Shown: in pieces, positions 39,866 through 52,200 of the stretch
Layout of the letters: the number at the start of each line of letters is the position of its first letter
Position numbering within the stretch: position 1 is the first letter of the stretch
NCBI GenBank assembly: GCA_000708835.1
Contig: DF237037.1
Location: forward strand, 1-64,000
DNA from: Klebsormidium nitens
Lineage: Eukaryota > Plantae > Klebsormidiophyceae
Length of the DNA: 64,000 nucleotides
Reading direction: 5' to 3'
Translations under genes and position numbers: made by a program
The notes under the pieces: generated by a model
The model's database searches: none
Seen by the model: the letters and a program-made list of their open reading frames with translations, nothing else
What the model was told of the DNA's origin: nothing

Positions 39866-41918
39866 GATTAAAGCTCCCAGGACTGGGTGATAAGCCTCCT
39901 AGTGAGTGCTGCTAGCTACTCCAAGAAAGAGTGTCATAATGGTAGGACTGTTTGACTTAGCAATGTGGGCCTGGTCAGTCAGGACCTCCCCAGGCGTAAA
40001 GTACTATTAGTACGGCGACCTTGCAGGGCATTTTCTTTCCGCACCGGTCTGCAGCGTAGAGGCATCTGCAAAGCAAAAAGTACTCTACTGGTAGATGTAG
40101 GTTTGACATACTGTGATAGTTGATGGCGGCACGTCCGAGCTACTCTTCTACTTGAAATGTGCCCATCTCGAGCTTGATTTATGTGTGGTCGTCCAACGAT
40201 GGCTTCTACTTTTTGCAAACCGGACAAATGTGTCTCGAGAAAGGTGGCTTGGACCCGTTCACATCGATTGCCCACCGTTGACCACCGTTGAGAAGTCTTG
40301 TGTGCATCATGAGCCGACCACTTCAAACGAGACATACACTGCCCATCGGTTAATTTTCCATAGGTTATGAGTCTGCTTTTCAGTAGCTTCGATGACACTG
40401 CAGCGATCAGTTTGCTACAAGTCGACTCGGTCCTTATCATGCTATTTTCGGAGGGTCCGTAAGCAGCCCACTCGTCAATTCTGTAGATATCACGTTCTAC
40501 ATGTGCTCGTGACAAATCTGCATGATTCGATGTGATAAGGAACCTGCAAGAGGACGTCGTTCCAAAGCACGTTGCCTGTTACTCTCACTGCACTGGCTTT
40601 GGAAGGACGTCGAAACGTCTTTGGTGGGCACATATGAATGAGTGCAAATGTCTTTGATCAACACACCCTTCATTTATGAAGGTCTCTGTGAGGATACGGT
40701 GCACAGGATGGTTTGATCTCAAGTTGGTGCTGAAAGGACGGCGAATCAAATGTAAGCGCCGCTCATAGCCGTCAATAGCCGATCAGGGGGGATTGTAAGC
40801 AATGTCGTCAAGGCTCCTTTGTTTCGACTACGAGCATCGTCATTGAAGGTCTACCTTCGACCAGTACGGAGACCCGACTGCCGGCAACAGCTGATATACT
40901 TTAGGCGCGCCCCTTACAATTGTCTTTAAGAGGAACGCCCTACTCGCACTCTCATGGTGTGACGTGGATACAGAAAGTGAATAGCGGAATTCAAGAACGT
41001 ACAACAACAAAGAACATGATGTATATGCAGAGTGGTTTCGTAAGCGGACTATTTGCAACCCATTTGCAGGAGCTGCTCTCCGCAATCCGATTGAATAATC
41101 TTCGTACCCGCAAAGCTGAGCCTTGCCCTGTTCACCATCTCTGGGCGACCTTCATTTGGTATTTAACGGTAGTCTGATAGCTGTAGGACGATAGCTGGTC
41201 TTGGGACGTTGTGGAGATTATTTGTTGAGACGGTTAGAGATAAGATTACTGTGTGGGCTAATGACAGCTGCATCAGCGCGGCGAGCGCTGTTTCGAGATG
41301 GCTTCGCTGTCCTTGGGCCCCGGCATGCGCCGGCCCGGCAGAATCACCAGGTTCCCAGGTTCCCAGGTGCTAGACCGGGACTAGTAGCAAGCTGACGAGA
41401 CTCAATATATGTAATAAACGGGCAAACTTCTTTGGACATGCCGGCGTTAGACTGAACTTCTTGAAGATATAAATGCGACTCTGTTTTGAAGCTTCGAAGC
41501 TGCTGTTCAGATTGTGAGCAACTCCCGAGCGCTTTCTGTACCCCTTCCACAGCTGTATGTGTGGCAATTGCGTCGATGTCCTGCACGGCATTCCGTTGCG
41601 CCAGCTGCGATTCATCATGACGAATCCAAGTGATTCCTTTTGTATTGGACCTAGAAAGTGAGCACGCTTGATGCCTGACTGGCCGAACTGCTCATATATA
41701 AGTGGTCAGAACAGTTTTCGAACCCACTTGTCAGTCTTGTATCTCGCCTGTGCAGTGAACGCGCCGGCGCGCGGTGGCGGGTCCGACCCGGCGGGTCACC
41801 CCGCGGCCGCAAGTTGGCAGGGGTTCGGTTTAAAATCGTAATCTACGCTTAAAGTGGGCGTGCCCCTATAAGACCCCCTTTGGCTTGAATTTTCGCGGAC
41901 AACATAGTGCCCGGGGGA

Positions 41919-42000
41919 TTGGGCGTAGCATAATGGTAGGGCGCAGTGTCAACGGCCGAAAAGTCGAAGGTTCGAATCCTGCAAAAGTGCGTCCTTTTTT
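41919..42000 (+). ncRNA. Degenerate tRNA-like RNA Pol III unit (tRNA pseudogene or SINE head)
   Basis: A-box tagcataatgg at 41926-41936 and B-box ggttcgaatcc at 41969-41979 have canonical tRNA spacing, followed by T6 at 41995-42000. The acceptor, D and anticodon stems pair poorly, so this is not a canonical tRNA. Confidence 0.55.
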
Positions 42001-42876
42001 GGTGTCCCGCAGAGCGCCGCACACAGTTTCACAGTAGTTTCTACTAAGGTAAGCCCCGATAGTCTGGAAGTGACTTGTGTGACCTTCATATTCAGAAGAT
42101 TGTACGACCCGGTGACTCCGGCGCTTTGCGTAGGTCCAAGGTACTCACAGCGACTTATCAATTACCCGAGCTTCCCGGCTTGAAGGAGGGGAGTTTGCGG
42201 TTTTGCCGTACGCCGGAGTCATGAGGTTCAACCGAGCACCAAGTCTTGGCTCAAGCACAGAGTGCATGCCGATCCGTCGATCTCTTGGCATCGACGGTAC
42301 AAGTACTGACGGATCGTGACCCACGGCTGCCGGTACACCTTTAGCGTCCGGCGTCATGTGTCACAGAACGCCCACTTTAAAGGGGGCGTCTGCGACGCGT
42401 ACCCCTTCCGTCAGGCCCACGATGCCGACGGCACTGTTTTACCCCAAACTCGGTGCCGACGGCAGCTGCCGCCCGTGTTTTTGGGCATTTTCGTGGCGAA
42501 CTTTACCCCCAAGAGTACGCCATATTGTCGCTGCGAAGCCAAGGCCCCGACGCCCCCTTTAACCAACGGGTTTATAGGAGCCCAGAGCCTTGAAGTTGAA
42601 GTTGAATTCAGCGAGGAGCGAGCTTGTCTTCACTTGAACTTGAAGTTCAAGGGGGCGGCGGAGGGCCACTGTGTGCGCAGCTTGTGCGGAGCGATAATTG
42701 AAGCAGCTCCTTCAGTTGGGCTTTTCTCGTCTCATGACCAATTGTTTAAGCAAAGGTTGACAAACTGCAATATACCGCTTGAATGTGCAGTCTCGAAGCG
42801 CTGGCAGACAATATATTGGTGCCACAAACTTTGGAAGAGGCAGCAGAGGTTCCCGATTACTGCAGCCAATGCCAAG

Positions 42877-45800
42877 ATGTGGCAGGAGGCGCGAAAGACG
42901 GAGCGGAAAGTCCATGCTTACATGGACGCAGCCAAAGTGCGGGCTGAAAAGAAAGCAGCATGGTTTGCAATTATGCGGGGTGATCCTGTGCAGAGCCTGA
43001 GGGTGACCGGCACAAGCTGCAAGCTACACCATGACATTGGCGCGTATCGTGCCACTGAGAACAATGAAGGACTGTAAGCAGTTACTAGTCAATCTGTAGT
43101 GCATGTGCGGGCAGCTTGTTTTAGTTTGCTCCAGTGAGTTTGTGGATATATTTCTTACACCACTCGATGCAACGCAGTGTCTAGCTGCCACCAGCAACCG
43201 ACAGCAAGTCTCAGAAACTTGTGACAGGAAATGTGTTGATCAAAACCTTGGAAACTGAGGATTGTCACAGATCTTTGGCCAAGACTTCCGTCTGAAGTTC
43301 AGCTTCAACGAAATGACTTCTCTTGATGCAGGATTGCTTGGAATGGCAAGGAAGACCATCTGATTGACAGGTAAGTGCCAGTACACCCCAGTCATTGTTG
43401 CTTGCAAATGGACATCATTTTGCTTGAAGTTGTGCAGACGGTTGCCCTCATGTCAGAGAGAGTCAAGTGCTACCTCATCAAGAGGTGTTCGATTGGAAAT
43501 TCACATCCGTCGGGAGCGGTGCAGGCAATATTAGATGAATGTACGAATGTGAAGAAAGATTGGCTGTTCTTCTCAGCAAAGCTGGTGAGAATCTACTTTC
43601 TACAGATTTGATGGTCGGGCGCTTCTCGATTTCATTCGTCAGTATGACCCAAAGTTGCGGCCACCAAGGGAGAAGACTGAGGAAGAGCAAGAACTCGATG
43701 AGCTGTGCAACTACGAAAGATACAAAGACATAATCAAGCAACGGCGCAAAGGATGTAAGTGGCCTTAATAAGCAGGTTCCAACCTCGCTTGCGCTGATGC
43801 TAATTAGAATTGCTCAGGCATACTGGTACAGTGCCAGTGCACTTTTCGCCTGTGGTTTTTTATTTGTTGACGCGTGTACTAACGAGATGTTCCTGTCCAC
43901 GCAGTGACTGACGAAGAAGGCCTTGAGGAAGTTGAGGAAGCCATCATAGCCAAGGCAGCAACCGCAACTGACAAGTAAGTCGGACAGAGATACAAAGCAT
44001 TGTAACAAATTCAGAACTCTGCCTTGCAGATGCAAGAAGGTTGTTGTTGTTGTTGTTATTTGATTATTTAGTCAAGGCCCCCGCCAACACCCTGAGGAAA
44101 AGATCATCCCTTACACTCATTGCATGGTTCAGAGGCAGCATAAGAATTCTGGAAGTGAGAGAACTTGATTCTTTGACGATTGCTTCCCAAGGTCGTGCAG
44201 ATACTGGACATACAGTGTCAGCAATGTCCCTGCTAATCCGCTCTGCAGGGAGAAGTCAAGTGGCGGCAAGCAAAGCTATGCCAAGATCGGATATTCATAT
44301 GACGGCTCTGCGCCTCCTCAAGAAGAAGAGAGCGACGAGGATGAGAAGTCTCCGCGTGGGTCGGAGGAGAGCAGCAGCGATGATTCTGAAGACGAGGACA
44401 TCGAGAAACTGGCAGAAGGTTATGGGGTCGAAGAGTTTCATCGGTTGGTCCGCTCAGACAAGAAGGCTCGGGCAGATGCAAGGGCGGCAAAGAACGCAGC
44501 AGATCATACTGAACCCGGTCAAGTGAGTAGTGTTTTTAGCCGCTCACTTTTCAAGTTTTTTCTAATTTCGAAGAAGCTGGTAATTGATGAAAATGAGTGG
44601 CACAGCCTGGTGGATATCCTGCATAAAAAAAATTCTTGACAGTCGTTCAATAAACGTCGAGCAGGCCGTGTGAGTGCCTTTCCATCTGGCTGTCGGAGAC
44701 AAGTAATTGTATACAGTTGTTACGAAGTAGAATATTTCTTTCTCGAAAACCTTCAATGTCATTTCGGGGGATTTGAAAATAAGGGTTGAGTTCTTTGACA
44801 TGATAGTTCTCAGAAGCAGGAACTGACAGTCCTGGTTTCTCTGCCACTAGCCACAAGCGTGTGTTTCTATGTGTGCAGAAAAAGATGAACCGGAAGGAGC
44901 GCAAAAAAGCTGGACTCTTGAACAAGGACAAGCCTAAATTCCCAGTGGAGCCGGCGAGGTGAAGCTCCTTTCTCCCCGCCGCTCAATTCGTTGCTAAGTC
45001 GCTGTGTCTCTATATCTCCCCTCCCCTTCGCAGTCAGTTTGCGTCTTCTCTTTGAGATGTCCTCGACCATTTTATGATCTGCCCACCTCAACTGATATTT
45101 CTTTCGTCACAGGTCTGAACGCCGTTCCAGTCCCTCATATGATCCTGTTCCAGCAAGAAGGTGAGGCATCCTGCCGTCTGTAGGTCTTGTTTGGCATAGC
45201 CGCCGGATGACCCGAGTTGTTGATCTAGATACTCCGGTTGCCTTTCATTTTACACGATTTTTAGGGACCTCCTGAATGCCGTTGCAGAAGGCAGGAGTTT
45301 TTCTCTCGTGAGTAAGAAAGCGTTACTTTTCTCCTGCAAGGTGGTGTGATGCGATCTGAATCCGTTCCGTTAGCAGAGCCTGGCCGAAACATCTCCTTGT
45401 TTTGCTCCGAGAACTTGTTCCGCAGCTTCTCTGAAGAAACCACTGCGTTTCAATGCCTCCGTCTGTCTAATGTGCAGACGACGATCCCGGTCTCGCAGCC
45501 CGTCCCCCTACTATCGCCGCAGCTCCAGTCATCGCGGCCGCTCAGAACGCGAAGCCCTGCCGAAAACGGAATTCATCACTGAGTTTGAGGGGTCGTTATC
45601 GGGGCTGCCGTCAGGGCCTCCCCCAATTCCCCCGCCTGAGAAGTCTAGCCGGTCGGACAATCTCACCCTGTTTCTCGTCTCCTTCTTGGCTACATCGAGT
45701 GACCCCTATGTGGTAAAGACTGCGCCCAAGGGTTTCAGGAAACAAAGAATGACACTCGCAACGACAGGCAGGTTTCGATGCTCCGAGAGGCAGAAGATTA

Positions 45801-47887
45801 GATTCAAGCTTTAGCCACTGAATGACCACATGCCCTCGTTGAAGGTGCAACTGACGATCTTTCGCAACCGCATGGCACGTCTAAAAGTGCTTTGTCGCTG
45901 CAAGTTACTTCATTCAGCTTGCTGCTCTTGATTCTCCGTCGCCTTGATTAGCTCGTAATGCTCCTCCGAACACTCTTATGAACTCAAACTGAAAGGTTGC
46001 CTTTGTGTCCCTGCTCCGGCGTCTTCCTTCTCTGGTGGGTCTTCTTCCTCGGTTCCTTTTCCTTCCATCGCATGCAACCGTCGTTTCCATTCCTTTGCGC
46101 TGTCCTCTCTTTCTCTGTTCCTTTCTCGTGCCTCGTATTTGTTCGGCTTCCATTCTCCAGTGACGGGTCCTCTGGCCCGGGCACAATTCTTGAGGCCCTG
46201 CGCTCTGATCCTGCGCAAGCAGCAGCGCCCGGGGTTGTAGGCCTTGGGCCAAAACCGCACATTCGCACATCAGAGCCAAGGGCTCCCCCTTCCAGGTACG
46301 CACTGCTCCGCTTATTGGACGCCGTTTAGGGACCGCTGAATGTGTTCAATCGACTGTGCTTTGCACGGCGTTTGCTCTTTGGTTTTCCCAGTCCCTGCAG
46401 TGAGGTCCCAGTGCGTGTTGCATTGCGAGGCCGGCGACTTGCTGAGCTTCTAGCGTCATCTTTGGCGCTCTGAATGTGCAGAGATGCGACGTCAGCCGCT
46501 CTCGCCAAGCTCAGCAAGGGCAGCGTCGGCCCTTCAAAGGCGCCCGGTGAAAAGAAAGAGACGCCGCAGGAACGGCTGAAACGGATCATGAGTAAGCAGC
46601 TCACAAAGCAAAGTAAGTACACCCATCTCGACGCCATCTCCGTATTCAAGACGGTTCGCGGACATCGGGGGACCGCTTTGCAACTCGTAACATTCATGCG
46701 TATCTGTGCTCTGCTGGGGTTTGGAAAAGCGAGTCGCGTCGAGTCGAGCGAGTCGAGCGGACATATTTGAAGATCGAGACAGCCGTCTCTTGAACCGTTG
46801 TTCGCTTTGCTTATCGTCTGGGCTGGCAAATCGAGAACTGCGCAAGTACTCGGTCATTGTTGGCCGAAAACTTATCGTTCAAATGAGATGCAGACCTCTC
46901 ATTGCAATACAGAATTGAAAGAGCTTAGCAAAGCAGTGGCGTTTCCGACGTTGTTCTTCACTAACTAGCGTTTGGGCGTGCTTCTCGTTCTGCAGTAAAG
47001 AAAGACACCGTGAGTGAGAGTGAGAAGAAGCGGGAAGCCGACAAACTTCGGCAGCAAAAGCTAGAGGAGACGCGCCGTTTGGCAGGACACTCAGAGCGGA
47101 GGCGCAGCCGGTCGCCGCCTCAGTAAGCAATGGATCAGCTTGTTCTTTAATTTTATGATGTATTTCTGATCCGGTGGTGATGGGAAACTGAAACTTTTTG
47201 CAGTAATTGTCAAGCACTTGCGCGCACGTTTGCTCGTTCACACAGACAACGATTCCGCAGCTCAGCGTCTGTGCTGACAATATCTGTCTTTGTGACGGTC
47301 GCAAGAAAGGCCGAAAGTGGAAGGTTCACGGTGCAGTTCTGCCTTCAATTTTGTTGCTTTCCTCTTTGTGACGCTTGGTAGTCTCTTTTCGTTTCCAGGC
47401 GGCATCGCAGTCGAAGTCCATACCGCTCCAGCCGGAGAAGCCCCTCCCGCTCCCCCTCGAGGTGGTGATCAGACTCTCTTTCCAGCCGTATATGTTGCAT
47501 TCACTGCCTTTCTGACGTAACAGAAAGGCTGTTTCTTGAGCACGCCCAAGTAATCTGAATTATGCTTGAATGCATCCTTGATTTTCCAAGACAACTTTCA
47601 AGCGGTGGATAAAGGTGAGTGCCTCAACGCTCGACAAGTGCTTCCTAGTTCTTGCACTTGATCCTTTAGGCGCCAGACAGGTGCACAAGTCTGGCGCCTA
47701 AAGGAATCTGGCTGGTTCTTAGTCCTAGCTGTTGTTACCTCCCACCGATATCTGCTCGACCTGGCTGTTCAAACGCATGGGCTTATAAACAGATCATGTG
47801 TGCAGGTCGCCTAGCAGGGATAGGAGTAGGAGTCGTGGGTCATCATACCACCGCGATCGTGACCGTGATAGAGACCGCAAGCACTAG
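42877..47887 (+). CDS. CLASRP: CLK4-associating serine/arginine-rich protein / SWAP-like splicing factor (At4g36980-like), about 13 exons
   Basis: MWQEARKTERKVHAYMDAAK...RGDPVQS; IAWNGKEDHLIDRFDGRALLDFIR (43331-43755); YAKIGYSYD with an acidic tract; KTEFITEF; TILEALRSDP; EKKETPQERLKRIMSKQLTKQ; RS-rich tail ending at TAG 47885-47887. Confidence 0.92.
44040..44057. repeat. (GTT)6 intronic microsatellite
   Basis: gttgttgttgttgttgtt in a CLASRP intron. Confidence 0.8.
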
Positions 47888-49207
47888 GTCTTGCCATGTT
47901 TCGAGATTCCGTCCTGCTGTGTCATCTGAGTAGTTTGTAAGGGCGCCGTTCGAAGCATGTGGGCTTTAGGTGGGAGCATCTCGAATCGTAGGGGCCAGAG
48001 ACGCCCTTCCAAAATCTGCCACAAGGCACTTGTTTGCAAGTTCGTTTTGTTAGGTCCGTACTCCGAACCTGGTCTAGTTTGTTGCTACTGTCAAGTCTGA
48101 GGCCGGCTTTGGCTGAACAGCTATTCGGTCAAGATTTGTGGCATACCGGGTCTTGACATATTTGCCAATGCGCGTCACTCTCCTCCGAGATCGACCTGGA
48201 GTCTTGTACAGACCGTCGAGACGCAATGTACGTATCATATATTGTGGTCCATACACGGACGTGCCAGTGGTATGCTGTATTAGTATCTTGTTGAGGGATA
48301 CAGTAGGTGCCCTTGGCATTGTGCAAGATAATTGCGCGCCAGCATGTTGACGTGGTTTGTCCGGGCCGCGCACGCGGCCTTGGTGAATTATCGCCCTCCC
48401 ATGCCATGATGCACAGCGGCACTCACTGGTCCAGCGGTGCAATGATATATAGGCCGCAGGCGCCACTGCTTAGGTACTAACGCGATCCAATTCGAACTTA
48501 GTTAATATTAATGCGTACGATATATACACACGATCTGATCTAGCCACATGCGCTGACAAGCATGAACCGTACCGCGACTACGACAGCTTGGATCTGCATG
48601 GCAAATTTGCGCCGGGTTCCGGTGACGTAGACGGATCGTGGTTGCAACTTATTTAAGCGCGATAGCTCTTGCATGCCATGCCAGCACTGAAGCTAGTGAT
48701 GCCGGCCAATGATGCAGTGCATGTCCTTATATGCTTAGTGCATAATCGAACGCAATTTCAGAACAGGATCCATTGATGATAGAAGGCGCATGCATGTAAG
48801 CGTATATAGATAGCATCACATACACGGTCCGACACACGAGTCGCTGTTTCACACTGGCCATGCATCAACACATGATGAATCGACCAGTGTCCTGGTGGGA
48901 CTCAGTCGCAGCTTGCCATTTGACTGCACTAATAATCAAACAATTTAGACAAATTGACGCAAAGCTGAATACCGTCAGGACCGTACAAGGAGAAGAGAAA
49001 GCGAACACAGTATTTGACCGGGGGGGGAACGGTTGGCTGCCGTATTTGAGATCAAGGGACGTGCCACACGTCCAAGAGCACTGCAATCGCAATGCAACTC
49101 CTCTACTGTACCTTTCCGTTGCCTGATTGATCCAACACGCAAAAACGGACTTCCAAGAAGTCGAACCTATAGAGCAACAGTCATCAACGCCAGGACTATT
49201 GTACACT

Positions 49208-52200
49208 CTACGAAAGTGTCAGGCCTATACCAGGCGCCCCAGCGGGCGGCGAGTTCATGTACTCATCCGATAGTCTCAAACTCGTGACCATCTCCTGCTC
49301 TTCTACAAGCTCCCTTCCCGCCTTTATAAGGTTCTCCAGGGTTTGCTGCAACAGAAAAGCCGGGTTTCTCACCGAGGCTCGCCGTACACTTGCGGACTGA
49401 CTCGAAATAACCAAAAGCTTCGCACGCTTTGTATGAAAAGCGGAAAAGTCGGGAGAGGTCACAAATCTGGACGAAACTCCGATATGCTTCTATAGCCACG
49501 GGATGAGACCAGCAGGCTCCTCTGAACCATTCAAAATGTCCGAATGTCAACCCAAAAGACCGGAAGCATTTTAAGTGTGGTGAAGGGCATTCAGCGTCAT
49601 TTTAGGAACCAAAATCTCATGCGCGACTCAAAACTTGCTCGAGCCTCACGATACCAAAAGGTACCATGCTGGAGAGAGAAGCTTAGACTATGTGCGCTTC
49701 CAAGCATGGTTCTAAGGGAATCCCGCATATTCCAGATGAAGGCCTGCCAGGTGAATGGTATCCATTACGCTGATTGGCCAAACGCCTGGGGGAGTTACAC
49801 GGCTCGTCAAGGCAACCCACGGAGAAGACATGTTCCTAACCTGGTAATGGTCCAGTTGCGGGTGCTCCTTTCCAGGCCTGACGGGGAAAATGTTCCGCAA
49901 CTTCTCAGGGCCGCCAACGCTGTCGAGCCACTGCAGAGAATATCGGGAAGCATCAGATGACGTCAGATGACAGCATACTTCACGAAAAGTGCGCACTAAA
50001 TACGGGGCATCGCCGGTACTCTCGGACTGTCATGGTTTGGCCCGCTTTTGAAGATTTGCGGATCACGGATTGCGGCCAACTTTTGATTACATGCAAAAGT
50101 GTTCTTCTAATAGAAGAGATTAGTGTTGAGCCGAAATCCTCGAGCACGTGTCTTTAGCATATCCCAACAAATTTGTAGTTACAGCTCGATTGATCCACGT
50201 ACACAAATGATTCACCGGATTGAATGCCGAACGCTCAACGTGCACTGGTTCTTACACTGGGAAAAGGCCGACACTCACTTTCTTAACCTGGTTGTCGTAT
50301 GTCCGAGACCGCATCGCCCCGTAGAAGTCCAACGCTGCAACAAACGTGCATGCGGGTTAGAACTAACGGTACTGTTGCTCAGTGCCGGCTTTGAACGCTC
50401 CGCTCTGCAAGGCAGAGATCGCCCGACAGCCATTATAAAATTTCATTACCGAACCCATGTAGATACGGAGTCTATCTTACGGAGACAAACCGAGCCAATC
50501 TTTGCCAAATCTCGGGCAATCAAGCATTAGCATTTCACTGTGAGTATTCATGTTTGCAAGCCGAGAAGGTGGAACAGTCTCGCCAATAGAGGAGAAGGTT
50601 TTTGACGGAAAGGAACCCTCACCTTGCTTGGGAAAAACGTCGACCAGAGCTTCGATGTCGGACTCGGCCAGGCCGTCCTTTCTATACATACACGTCACAA
50701 TGTTGATCAGGTCATCCCGCGTTGGTGTCCTGCAAGACCAAGCGGTAAAGCAGATAAATCAAGGGGTAAACCAAATCAAGCAAGGGGCAAACCAATTAAA
50801 CCAAGCACCAAGTAAACCAAGCGGTAAACCAGAAATATCCGAACTCCTGTCGAGGCCTATGTTGGGTTGAGTGGATTAATTTCCCGGGCTCAAACAAAGT
50901 AGAAACCACACCCACAGTCAACACGCTCCGAACCTATACCCACCTGAACACCCAAACCAATCCCGACCGTCCCCCGAGCATGACCCTACTCAACATAGCC
51001 GTAACTCAACTTAACTTAGAAACTACTTTTCCCAGAGCATGCAATGCCAAAGTGAAAGAGTACAGACGCGAAAAGCCGAAGAAAAAAACAAACGAACAAG
51101 AAATAAAAGAGAGGATACCATACCAGTAGAACTTGTCCATGCGTCCGTCCCGGATGAGCGGCGCCCAGAGAGTAGAGAGGTCGTTGCCGGTCAGTATGAT
51201 GGGCACACGTGGCACCACGTCAGCCTCCCGGAACTCCTGCCCGACGCTGACACGTGTCGGGTTGTCGGCCAAATTCATGAGGGTTCCCATGACCATCTGC
51301 GTGTTGACAGTCATCTGCGTGTTCTCTGCGGAATAAAACGAGGAATGAGTGACCATTTGGCCCATGATACAGTAGCCCGCTCACGAGCCGCTAAGAGTGC
51401 AGTATCGAGGGCCGATACTCTGCTGTCGCTTTTCGCGGTCTCCAAGTGCTGGGGATTGGAAAGATTGAGTAGAGCCGAGGTGAAAATAAAGTGGACCGTT
51501 AACATGCCCGGCGACAAAAAAATGGTCTTGCACGATCCTTTTTCCAAGACCAAGTGCTTCCACGTCACTGCCAGAATTGACCAGCACTTGATTCCCTGTG
51601 AAGAAGCACTTTCGGCACCGTAGTCGCTAACAGGTTAGATGCGGCTATCCGCTCGTATTGCCCTAGGAAGGAGCCAAAAAACTGGCAGGCACCAACATTC
51701 ATAGGAGTAAACTCGCCGAAGATTGCTCACCGAAGCGCCCCGCTCCAGCGTCAATGTCGTTGATCACGAGAGCGCTCATCTTTCCCTGCATACAAGGACG
51801 CGCACGAACCATCAATCTTTCGGCAAATCAACGAAGCTACTTTGGACGCTAATAGTTTTGGACGCTTCTTCTGAACCAATTCCTGTGTCGAGCTACAGCT
51901 CAAAAACACGTCGGCCAGACAAACGATGTCGTTGGGATGACGTCAGCACTGTTTCACTGGCGCAGAGGTTCCAGAAGGTGACGCCATGCCGACGTTGCGC
52001 TGCTGACCTGGACTTTGACGACTTGGCCTGCAGTCCGATACCGGTCGCGAATCAACCTAGCCGGCGTGCCTGCAGTCACGTGTCAGCGGATCAGACGTCA
52101 GCACAGCTCAGCAAGTTGGCAACATGTCTAATCTCAGCCTACTGGCCTGTATGGCGGGTTGACGGGATCACGGGGGTGTCTTGACGAGTTGCTGTGACTT

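Noticed and set aside
50730-50835. Repeated taaacc/aaacca words resembling telomeric repeats
   Set aside because: Irregular low-complexity intronic sequence, not a TTTAGGG array.
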